From a virus (taxonomy: Duplodnaviria; Heunggongvirae; Uroviricota; Caudoviricetes), in IMG/VR virus record IMGVR_UViG_2737471818_000001: a DNA stretch of 32,870 bases; one strand, written 5' to 3'. Of the stretch, positions 25,897 to 32,870 are shown in pieces. The stretch's first letter is position 1; every line of letters starts with the position of its first letter. A model generated the notes under the pieces. The model made no database searches. It worked only from the letters and a program-made list of their open reading frames with translations, and had not been told where the DNA came from. The position numbers and the translations under genes were made by a program.

Positions 25897-28187
25897 TAAC
25901 TCCACTCCTTTTGCATTGAGAATCCCGGCCACTCATCAGCAGCCGCGTATTTGAATTTTTTATCGCCATAAATCACCGTTGCCCCACGCGCCAGCGCTTC
26001 AAGCTCCCACCGTTCCGGGGTAATGCCCTCCTGAGCCAAATCGAAACGAATTTTCGCTATGCGATCCCTTTCAGGTTTTGTCATCCTGGCTGATGGCGCT
26101 TGCTCGCCCGTTTTGAGTGGCTCATTGCTTCTTTGCTGGCGATTTTTGCGAGGGATGCCAGCTTTTAACGCGCCATTAAGCACCTTCATGACGTCTGGCT
26201 CATTCCAGCCGATAACCCCGCGCTCAATCAGATTTAACACCGCTGCGGCTTGCTCAGACGGTGTAGGTGTCATAACTGGAGTATCACCGCCGGTGAGCTT
26301 TCCACAGTTATTGACAGGACTCCGAGGCGCGGCAGAGCCGCTTTTTAAGGTCAAAGGCTCAACGGCCAAAATCTTTGGAACAATGCGCCATTCGGCTGTA
26401 CGGGTTACATGTATGCGGCTCGCCCCGAGGTGAGGGGCATAAATGCCGACCACTCTCTCAATATCTTCCTCATATTCGTTGACCTCATCCGTCACCTTAC
26501 GGGCGACCCTGACGGCCTGCGCATCACGCGGCATGTTTGCCCCACCCTGCGCGATGATATACAGGTCAAATTCACCTTCATCAGCAGCAGCCCGGACAGC
26601 CTCGACCCGGTCGTCAAACTCACTGGCGATACTCACGCCGCGCGGCAGCTTGCGCAGTTCGCGGTAAGCGCCCATTGTCGGCAGACCAATAGGTTTAAAC
26701 TGCGGGATGCGCCATGTAGACGCCCATGCGGTTACGGCTGCGGCGGTATCTTTCAGAGGCTTGCCGGTGTCGTGGTCGAGCTGGCCGTCGAGTGCGTAGC
26801 CGTCGATATTTTTGGCAATGTATTTAGCGATATAACCCGCCGCACCGCCCTGATTAAGATGACGTGACTCAAAGCGCTGTTTTGCCGCTCCCTTTTCGTG
26901 CCCGTCCTCTTTGAGAGCATAACGACGCATAATTTCGTTAATAGCTTTACGCTGACCGGGTTTGCAAAACATCATCATGTGCCAGTGTGGCGTCCCGTCG
27001 TGGTGCGGTTCGACAACACGCATCCCATAAACCTCTAAATCGTTATCTTTGAAAGCGGTGCGTATCAGGCTCCAGATTCGGCACAGATAGCGCTGGCCGT
27101 CTTTTGGGGTAAATGCGGTTTCATTCCAGCCATGATTGAGCTGCACAGTTTTGTTTTCACCTTTGCCGACCTGTCGGGTCGGGTGATACTTCGATGGCGT
27201 GGTCAGCGTGATAAACATCCCCACATCACCAACGCTGGCCGCGTAGCGTTCAATCCCGGCGATAGTGTTCATCAGTTCCATACGACGTATTTCAGGGTTA
27301 GAAATACTCCCCATTACCTTACTGATGAGGTCAATACGTTCACCGGTGACTTTGTTTTCCAGCTCGCAGGATTTCAGGTATTCGAGATTAGCCAAGCGGC
27401 GCGCGTGCACATCGCGGATCGCCATTTTGCTTGCGTAAGGTGAGCGGTCTTTGTTGACCTCACCAGCCGCAATAAGCAGCGCCTCGCGCCAGCGCATCCG
27501 CTGCGCCTTGAGCTGGCTGACCCACCACTCATCTTTTATCAGACGGGAAATAGCAGAAAATGCCATGCGGATCGTCATCTGACCCTTACGGTATTTTTTC
27601 CAGTACATCGGGGTGAAGTTAAAAGCGCGAGCAATACCTGCCACCTGACCGTATAAATGCGCCTGCGCCTCATCGGTGAATAAAGTTTCTTTCCCGCCGT
27701 GCGCCTCCTCCCATGCGTCGCTTAACTCCTCGTATTTGCTCCAGAGTTGTGACGCTATTCTGGCCGCAAATTTCTTAAGCTCTTTGTCATTCATATCAGG
27801 CAGGCGCGTATATTCATCACGCTCAGACAGAAAGCCGCGCGAGACAGAATCATTCATCCCGCACAGCTCGTTAACACGTTCAAGTCGGGGTAACAGTTTC
27901 CGCTCAAAAGTGTTTCTTAGGAAATACAGCCCATCGAGAGGGCTTTTGCTTCGTCTAATGAAGTTATAACGAGAGTTAAACAGTGTTTTCAGGAAAAAAG
28001 GGAGGCGGTCGATTCGATATAAAACACCTTGCACCTGACGGAATTCGGCACGTGTAAGGGGTCTGTCACGACCGATGGCCGCTTGAGGGGCATTCCATGA
28101 GTAAGCGCCGACGAACGTGTCGCCGGTGCGCTTAGATATTTTTGGCAGTAACGAAGAGGCAACTTGCCCCCGAGATTCAACGGCCAT
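25896..28187 (-). CDS. A: Replication initiation protein A (rolling-circle nickase), about 763 aa from MAVESRGQVA
   Basis: Strong similarity to P2 gpA as recalled, including ...VVEPHHDGTPHWHMMMFC... and ...LNQGGAAGYIAKYIAKNIDGY...; ATG at 28185-28187. Confidence 0.9.
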   Translation of the reverse strand: MAVESRGQVASSLLPKISKRTGDTFVGAYSWNAPQAAIGRDRPLTRAEFRQVQGVLYRIDRLPFFLKTLFNSRYNFIRRSKSPLDGLYFLRNTFERKLLPRLERVNELCGMNDSVSRGFLSERDEYTRLPDMNDKELKKFAARIASQLWSKYEELSDAWEEAHGGKETLFTDEAQAHLYGQVAGIARAFNFTPMYWKKYRKGQMTIRMAFSAISRLIKDEWWVSQLKAQRMRWREALLIAAGEVNKDRSPYASKMAIRDVHARRLANLEYLKSCELENKVTGERIDLISKVMGSISNPEIRRMELMNTIAGIERYAASVGDVGMFITLTTPSKYHPTRQVGKGENKTVQLNHGWNETAFTPKDGQRYLCRIWSLIRTAFKDNDLEVYGMRVVEPHHDGTPHWHMMMFCKPGQRKAINEIMRRYALKEDGHEKGAAKQRFESRHLNQGGAAGYIAKYIAKNIDGYALDGQLDHDTGKPLKDTAAAVTAWASTWRIPQFKPIGLPTMGAYRELRKLPRGVSIASEFDDRVEAVRAAADEGEFDLYIIAQGGANMPRDAQAVRVARKVTDEVNEYEEDIERVVGIYAPHLGASRIHVTRTAEWRIVPKILAVEPLTLKSGSAAPRSPVNNCGKLTGGDTPVMTPTPSEQAAAVLNLIERGVIGWNEPDVMKVLNGALKAGIPRKNRQQRSNEPLKTGEQAPSARMTKPERDRIAKIRFDLAQEGITPERWELEALARGATVIYGDKKFKYAAADEWPGFSMQKEWS

Positions 28188-28452
28188 TAGCAGAAAACGC
28201 GGTCTGACACTGCTGACCAATATGCTCGACCTGCTCGCCAATTTCCTCAAAACTGGCCGCCTCACCGGTCAGGATGCCGTGTAATATCAGACCAGATACG
28301 AGCCTGGAAATTGTTGGATAATAACCAACAACACCGAGCCACTCTTTACCGGCGTTCTTTCCTGATTTTGCGGTTTTCTTTTCCTTCAAAATAAATTGAA
28401 ACTGGTCACTAATGACGACGAAACGGTCGCCCACCTCAATATAAATTGACAT
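28177..28452 (-). CDS. Hypothetical protein, 91 aa, in the P2 orf80-83 position between B and A
   Basis: ATG-started ORF overlapping the A start by 11 nt; position only. Confidence 0.55.
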   Translation of the reverse strand: MSIYIEVGDRFVVISDQFQFILKEKKTAKSGKNAGKEWLGVVGYYPTISRLVSGLILHGILTGEAASFEEIGEQVEHIGQQCQTAFSANGR

Positions 28453-28751
28453 TATTCATCACCTTTACGATTTAATTTTTTCAGTTCACAGGCGCAACAT
28501 GTAGATTGTTCAGCCATGAATTTTATTAATTCATCCGCAGTGGTTATTTTTTTGAGATAAATAGCACGATTGACGAGCAAGCCGACAACATCAGAACAGA
28601 GATTTAATTCATTCGAATAAATGGCAATAACAGACTCAACCATAGCGCCGGTGTCTTTATCATGTTTAAGGTCAGACAGAGATAAATCACCATTTTTGAG
28701 AACTGCAACTTTTAACCAGCTATTAAGAATCACAGATTTCAGCACAGACAT
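28452..28751 (-). CDS. Hypothetical protein, 99 aa, low GC
   Basis: ATG-started ORF tightly coupled to its neighbours. Confidence 0.55.
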   Translation of the reverse strand: MSVLKSVILNSWLKVAVLKNGDLSLSDLKHDKDTGAMVESVIAIYSNELNLCSDVVGLLVNRAIYLKKITTADELIKFMAEQSTCCACELKKLNRKGDE

Positions 28752-28975
28752 TAAACAGTCTCCCTACGGACGAGACCTGCGTTATGAAGTACCGTTGATT
28801 CCTGACTGAGTAACTCGACAATCTCAACACGCCCCAACTCCTGCGTAACGATATGTTGAATCAGTTTATCTAGATGAGATGAGAATGTAGTCGCCGCATC
28901 GGCCTGCGCTTCTGCTCTGGCTTGTTGAAGCAATAAAGAAAAGTTGCTGCTTTGCTTTTCCATTCCTGTAAGCAT
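28751..28975 (-). CDS. Hypothetical protein, about 74 aa from MLTGMEKQ
   Basis: ATG at 28973-28975 preceded by GGAG; the longer track ORF starts at TTG. Confidence 0.5.
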   Translation of the reverse strand: MLTGMEKQSSNFSLLLQQARAEAQADAATTFSSHLDKLIQHIVTQELGRVEIVELLSQESTVLHNAGLVRRETV

Positions 28976-29038
28976 GACTTTCTCCAGACAAAGAGAAGTC
29001 CCGCACAATCAAGTGCGTTTAAAATTTAGATTATTTAA

Positions 29039-29539
29039 TTAATGCAAATATTGCTCAGGCTTGACCGATGTTAATATCGTCGGCGCATACTCAAACAGGC
29101 TAAACAACTCACGTAAAGCACGAAATAAATTTTCACGCCAATAACATAATTCTTCATTAATACGCCAGTAAGGCTGATTAAATTCAACCTCACTTAACCC
29201 TGCATGTAAAAACAAAGACCGCCGTTGGCTAACCGTTAGAAAACTAATATATGCAGACTCACTTGAGCCAACCTGACGACGTTTAGAAAATGCAGCACGC
29301 AATTCATCGATAGCGCACACCAGACGCTCCCGGTCTACATCATTCATTTCTTCGAGACGCATCGTTGCGTGGCGCTGTTTTAACTGTGCGTGGAAGCAAA
29401 CAGTCAGCCGATCACGCTCCATCATTTGATTGTAAAAATCACAGCTATCCTGCCAGCGGGGCGCTGCAAGATATTTACCAATCAGGCTACGCAATCCTTC
29501 TGGCTGTTTGTCCACAATGGCAAGGGTCATAACCGTCAT
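29039..29539 (-). CDS. B: Replication protein B, 166 aa
   Basis: Similarity to P2 gpB as recalled (MTV.TLAIVDK.PEGLR.LIGKYLAAP); position between cox and A. Confidence 0.85.
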   Translation of the reverse strand: MTVMTLAIVDKQPEGLRSLIGKYLAAPRWQDSCDFYNQMMERDRLTVCFHAQLKQRHATMRLEEMNDVDRERLVCAIDELRAAFSKRRQVGSSESAYISFLTVSQRRSLFLHAGLSEVEFNQPYWRINEELCYWRENLFRALRELFSLFEYAPTILTSVKPEQYLH

Positions 29540-29706
29540 AACGATAGCCCTCTGGATTTTATGAAGCGTTTAGCCATGGCAAAAAATCCCGGCTTACGGG
29601 TGCGGATGATGATGCCTTTACGTCCCTTACCATGAGTAATATTGAACGCCATAGGCTGGGGACTTTCCTTACGAAGTAGCTGAGCAATACAACGTGGTTC
29701 TTGCAT
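29536..29706 (-). CDS. Small early protein, about 56 aa from MQEPRCIAQ
   Basis: ATG at 29704-29706 preceded by a strong GGAGG site; ATGA overlap with the B start. The longer track ORF begins at TTG. Confidence 0.55.
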   Translation of the reverse strand: MQEPRCIAQLLRKESPQPMAFNITHGKGRKGIIIRTRKPGFFAMAKRFIKSRGLSL

Positions 29707-29805
29707 AAATCCTCCATTAAGTAGCCGGGTTTTGTCCATGCCCGGCACATGGTCTTGTGGTAGGATTGAATCGCCAAAAACAACTCCACCACTAAGAGGT
29801 AAAAA

Positions 29806-29997
29806 GTGAACAATCAAAAACTTAATGAATTAATTACCACTCTTGAACAAGCCGTAGCATTAATTGAGTCTCTACCAACCCCAATGGGTGACGTGGAAAA
29901 ATCGAATCAAGTCGATGTATTGACAATTAAGTTAAGAGAATTAGCTCACTCAAAAAAACCAAATCATCTTCAAGGGTTTATTGATATAAACCACTAA
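29806..29997 (+). CDS. Small counter-oriented protein, 63 aa, GTG start, low GC
   Basis: AGAGG ribosome-binding site 7 nt upstream of the GTG; fits the gap between two minus-strand genes; predicted helical (NELITTLEQAVALIESL). Confidence 0.45.
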   Translation: MNNQKLNELITTLEQAVALIESLPTPMGDVEKSNQVDVLTIKLRELAHSKKPNHLQGFIDINH

Positions 29998-30413
29998 GCG
30001 TCTAATTCATGTGGTACGGCTTTTTGGGAACGATGCGGCCGTACCATCACATTAAAAATGTCATCCCAATCGTCCTTGCTCATTAGCGTAATTCCTAGCT
30101 CTCGCGCCTTTTCTCTCACACAGCGCGCCAGATATAAACGATTATCAATACTTATCCCTATAGCCCTTTCTTTCATGCGGCCGTAGTTATCAGAAAGAAG
30201 CTGTATCAAGTCAAGGCGTAGTATTTCCACTGAGCCATCAGTGCTGCGAAAAACTAAATCATCGCCATCAATAAACACTGGTTCACTTTTGATCTCTTCG
30301 CTATTCACCCACTTACGCAGACTTCGTGGAATAACAAGACTATTAGAAAGTGTCATTTCGTCTAATTCACCACGGAATAAAGCTACTTTTATGGTTTTCG
30401 ACTGATGTTCCAT
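29994..30413 (-). CDS. Early-operon accessory protein, 139 aa, downstream of cox; function unknown
   Basis: ATG preceded by a strong G-rich ribosome-binding site (AAGGGGGGGAG); GC lower than the backbone. Confidence 0.7.
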   Translation of the reverse strand: MEHQSKTIKVALFRGELDEMTLSNSLVIPRSLRKWVNSEEIKSEPVFIDGDDLVFRSTDGSVEILRLDLIQLLSDNYGRMKERAIGISIDNRLYLARCVREKARELGITLMSKDDWDDIFNVMVRPHRSQKAVPHELDA

Positions 30414-30477
30414 TTCTCCCCCCTTATGCCGACTGGTCAGCTAGCCATTCACCAACTGAGCGATGTATTTCAACCGG

Positions 30478-30747
30478 TTAAGACCCTAAGCCCAACCACA
30501 TTAGCCACCCTTCCCTAATCGCTTTCGGACGGCTTTCATATGCAAGTTTCATTCCGTTGTTCCAGGCAGGGAGATAGACCCAATACTCTCCAGCACGGCC
30601 AGACGCTGACTGAGGATCTGTCATTTCAATTACTGGCAATTTTCCCTTATCAATCATTCCCTTTACGGCACGCTCCGATTTGCCAATCAGTCTTGCAAAC
30701 TCCTGATATGGCACTGCCTCTGTTTGTAACGCGATTTGCTTCGCCAT
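30478..30747 (-). CDS. cox: Cox (excisionase and repressor of the lysogenic promoter), 89 aa
   Basis: Close similarity to P2 Cox as recalled (...PYQEFARLIGKSERAVKGMIDKGKLPVIEMTDPQSASGRAGEYWVYLPAWNNG...). Confidence 0.9.
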   Translation of the reverse strand: MAKQIALQTEAVPYQEFARLIGKSERAVKGMIDKGKLPVIEMTDPQSASGRAGEYWVYLPAWNNGMKLAYESRPKAIREGWLMWLGLGS

Positions 30748-30812
30748 GATAAAGACCCCTCAAACATTTAAGAATCGCTTCTAATGTCTTATAGTGACTA
30801 ATTGTGTGCATT

Positions 30813-30863
30813 TCTAAACACAAAACTATCTACATCTAAACTGAATGGTATTGAGATCTAAAC
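30813..30863. promoter_or_regulatory. Immunity switch: three direct repeats of TCTAAAC at 22-bp spacing between cox and C; candidate C-repressor operators
   Basis: TCTAAAC at 30813-30819, 30835-30841 and 30857-30863, inside the 119-bp divergent cox-C intergenic region. Confidence 0.55.
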
Positions 30864-30866
30864 ACT

Positions 30867-31166
30867 ATGTCAAACGCGTTAAATGAAAAACTTGTACTCA
30901 TACGCAAGTCTGAATATCTAAGCAGGCAGCAACTTGCTGATTTAACAGGAATTCCTTACGGAACCTTAAGCTATTACGAAAGTGGGCGTTCGACCCCCCC
31001 CACAGATGTGATGATGAAAATTTTGAAGATGCCTCAGTTCATGAAATACACACTTTGGTTCATGACTGACCAAATTTCTCCTGAATCCGGGCAGATTGCA
31101 CCGGCACTCGCACACTTTGGGCAAGAAACAACAAACTCGCAGCACTCAGACCAAAAGACTGGTTAA
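30867..31166 (+). CDS. C: Immunity repressor C, 99 aa
   Basis: Close similarity to P2 C as recalled (MSN...EK.VLMRKSEYLSRQQLADLTG.PYGTLSYYESGRSTPPTDVMM...). Confidence 0.9.
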   Translation: MSNALNEKLVLIRKSEYLSRQQLADLTGIPYGTLSYYESGRSTPPTDVMMKILKMPQFMKYTLWFMTDQISPESGQIAPALAHFGQETTNSQHSDQKTG

Positions 31167-31280
31167 CGCTTTACCGCAGATACATTTTTGAAAAGTGTTT
31201 ATTACTGGCTGAAAAATACTCATCTTGTAAAAACAAGCAGTTAACAACAAAAAGTAAACGCACCCTCGGAGGGTTTTCTT

Positions 31281-32288
31281 ATGACAATTAAGAAGCTCGA
31301 TGATGGTCGATACGAAGTGGACGTTAGACCTGCAGGGCGCAACGGAAAGCGCATCCGCAGGAAATTTGACAAGAAAAGTGAGGCTGTAGCTTTTGAGAAA
31401 CACACTCAATACAACCATCACGATAAAGAATGGCTGGCTAAACCGACAGATAAGCGGCATCTGTCTGAGTTAACAAAAGTCTGGTGGGATCTGAAAGGTA
31501 AGCATGAAGAACACGGAAAATCCAATTTGGGTAAGATTGAAATATTTACTCGGATCACTGATGACCCTTGCGCATTCCAGATAACCAAAGCGCTTATTAG
31601 CCAGTACAGCATGACTCGCAGAGGGCAAGGCATAAAACCGGCCAGTATAAACCGCGACCTTACCTGCCTGAGTGGCATGTTTACTGCACTAATTGATGCG
31701 GAGTTGTTTTTTGGTGAACATCCTTTCAGAGGTATGAAAAAGCTCAAGGAGCAGAAACCAGAAACCGGATATCTGACGCAGGAAGAAATAACATTGTTGC
31801 TTGCCAATCTTGACGGGGACAACAAGAAAATCGCGATTCTCTGTCTAAGTACCGGCGCTCGATGGGGTGAAGCTGCGAAACTGAAAGCTGAGAACGTAAT
31901 ACAGAATCGGGTGACGTTCGTTAAAACAAAGACAAACAAACCGCGCACTGTCCCTATCTCTGAGGAAGTAGCTGTAATGATTGCGGGTAAGGGTTATCTG
32001 TTCCCTGATGCCTCATACCCGAAGTTCAGGCGAACAATGAAAGATGTAAAACCGGATCTACCGGACGGGCAAGCAACTCACGCATTGCGTCACAGTTTTG
32101 CTACCCACTTTATGATTAACGGCGGGAGTATCATCACCTTGCAGAGAATACTGGGACATTCACGAATAGAGCAGACAATGGTCTATGCGCACTTTGCCCC
32201 GGAGTATCTTCAAGATGCTGTTTCCCTCAATCCGCTACGTGGTGGTGTTGACTCCCAGAGTGTCCACATAATGTCCACGCTGGAGTGA
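31281..32288 (+). CDS. int: Tyrosine integrase, 335 aa
   Basis: Close similarity to P2 Int as recalled, including C-terminal HALRHSFATHFM...LGHSRIEQTMVYAHF; GGAGG ribosome-binding site. Confidence 0.9.
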   Translation: MTIKKLDDGRYEVDVRPAGRNGKRIRRKFDKKSEAVAFEKHTQYNHHDKEWLAKPTDKRHLSELTKVWWDLKGKHEEHGKSNLGKIEIFTRITDDPCAFQITKALISQYSMTRRGQGIKPASINRDLTCLSGMFTALIDAELFFGEHPFRGMKKLKEQKPETGYLTQEEITLLLANLDGDNKKIAILCLSTGARWGEAAKLKAENVIQNRVTFVKTKTNKPRTVPISEEVAVMIAGKGYLFPDASYPKFRRTMKDVKPDLPDGQATHALRHSFATHFMINGGSIITLQRILGHSRIEQTMVYAHFAPEYLQDAVSLNPLRGGVDSQSVHIMSTLE

Positions 32289-32370
32289 TTTGTAGTGGCT
32301 TTCAGTGGTCTTGCGTGCCGCGCAAACCCGCATTGCACCGCTGAAAGCCCCTGTTGTAGGGGTATAAAAA

Positions 32371-32394
32371 CGCCCTTACACGGGCTTATTTTTT
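32371..32394. other. Candidate attR core, P2-type
   Basis: CGCCCTTACACGGGCTTATTTTTT is the reverse complement of AAAAAATAAGCCCGTGTAAGGGCG, matching the P2 attP core as recalled over about 22 nt; lies ~85 bp downstream of int. Confidence 0.55.
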
Positions 32395-32552
32395 ATGCAT
32401 AAGCCCTATCCCTGGTCACCGTCTTCCATTGACCACATCGATAGAATCTCCCTTCATAGCACGATGCCTTTCACGTAACGGCATCGTGCTCGCACAGGTT
32501 CCGGCTAAGCACAACCAGAACGCGCATGTTTGACGCTTACCAAAAAATATTC

Positions 32553-32870
32553 TCACTCTCCACATTTGAATGTCAGACGAGCGACGCCATGTAATCCTGC
32601 ACCTTCTGTCTTCAGGTCAACTATCTGCATTTTTTTGCCCTGAGTAACACAGAAATGGGCTGCATCATTTTTTACTATATTTTCTGCACCAGATATTCTG
32701 CCCCTGGCTAAAGAAGCTTCGGCTTCGGTGTAGTATTGGTTATCGAGTTTACGCTGAATATTACTTTTATATGCAAGACCAAATTTACCGATACTTGTCT
32801 CATCATTATGCACAGCACAACCAGACATAATAAAAATACTAATTAATGATATAGCAGCTATCTTTTTCAT
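32553..32870 (-). CDS. Putative lipoprotein, 105 aa, outside the prophage on the int side
   Basis: Signal peptide with a lipobox-like ...FIMSGC; low GC; start codon at the last three bases of the window. Confidence 0.5.
   Translation of the reverse strand: MKKIAAISLISIFIMSGCAVHNDETSIGKFGLAYKSNIQRKLDNQYYTEAEASLARGRISGAENIVKNDAAHFCVTQGKKMQIVDLKTEGAGLHGVARLTFKCGE

Larger units (their letters stand above)
459..32394. mobile_element. P2-like prophage, apparently intact, bounded by candidate attL and attR
   Basis: Complete P2-type gene set in P2 order with int at one end and ogr at the other; att-like cores at both ends. Confidence 0.8.

Noticed and set aside
1-32870. CRISPR arrays, IS elements or transposase genes, rRNA or tRNA genes
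   Set aside because: No short regularly spaced direct repeats, terminal inverted repeats flanking a transposase-like ORF, or RNA gene signatures were seen; the only notable repeats are the in-frame tail-fiber repeats and the operator repeats.

Overview
The window is almost entirely one intact P2-like (Peduovirus-type) temperate prophage, about 31.9 kb, lying between a candidate attL at ~459-485 and a P2-like att core at ~32371-32394. Gene calls rest on recalled similarity of the translated ORFs to phage P2 proteins plus conserved P2 gene order; no database search was run. Order left to right: ogr, then the late tail operon on the minus strand (D, U, T, E/E', FII, FI, G, H, I, J, W, V), a low-GC cargo gene on the plus strand between V and S, then S, R, lysC/lysB, K, Y, X, L, M, N, O on the minus strand, P and Q on the plus strand, a two-gene low-GC cargo cassette, a cos-like site, two accessory ORFs, A, small ORFs, B, early-region ORFs, cox, the immunity switch, C and int. 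The strongest candidate for an undescribed system is the two-gene cassette at 22152-24823: an OLD/ABC-type ATPase followed 2 nt later by an uncharacterized 370-aa partner, sitting between the cos-like site and the portal gene. Other accessory candidates are a 309-aa membrane-anchored protein between V and S (12430-13359), an ASCH/DUF3850-like protein plus a coupled small ORF between A and cos (25196-25896), and a 139-aa protein plus a counter-oriented 63-aa ORF in the early operon (29806-30413). I saw no rRNA, tRNA, CRISPR array or IS element. CDS ends come from the ORF track and starts were checked by codon arithmetic; regulatory coordinates are approximate (+/- a few bp).
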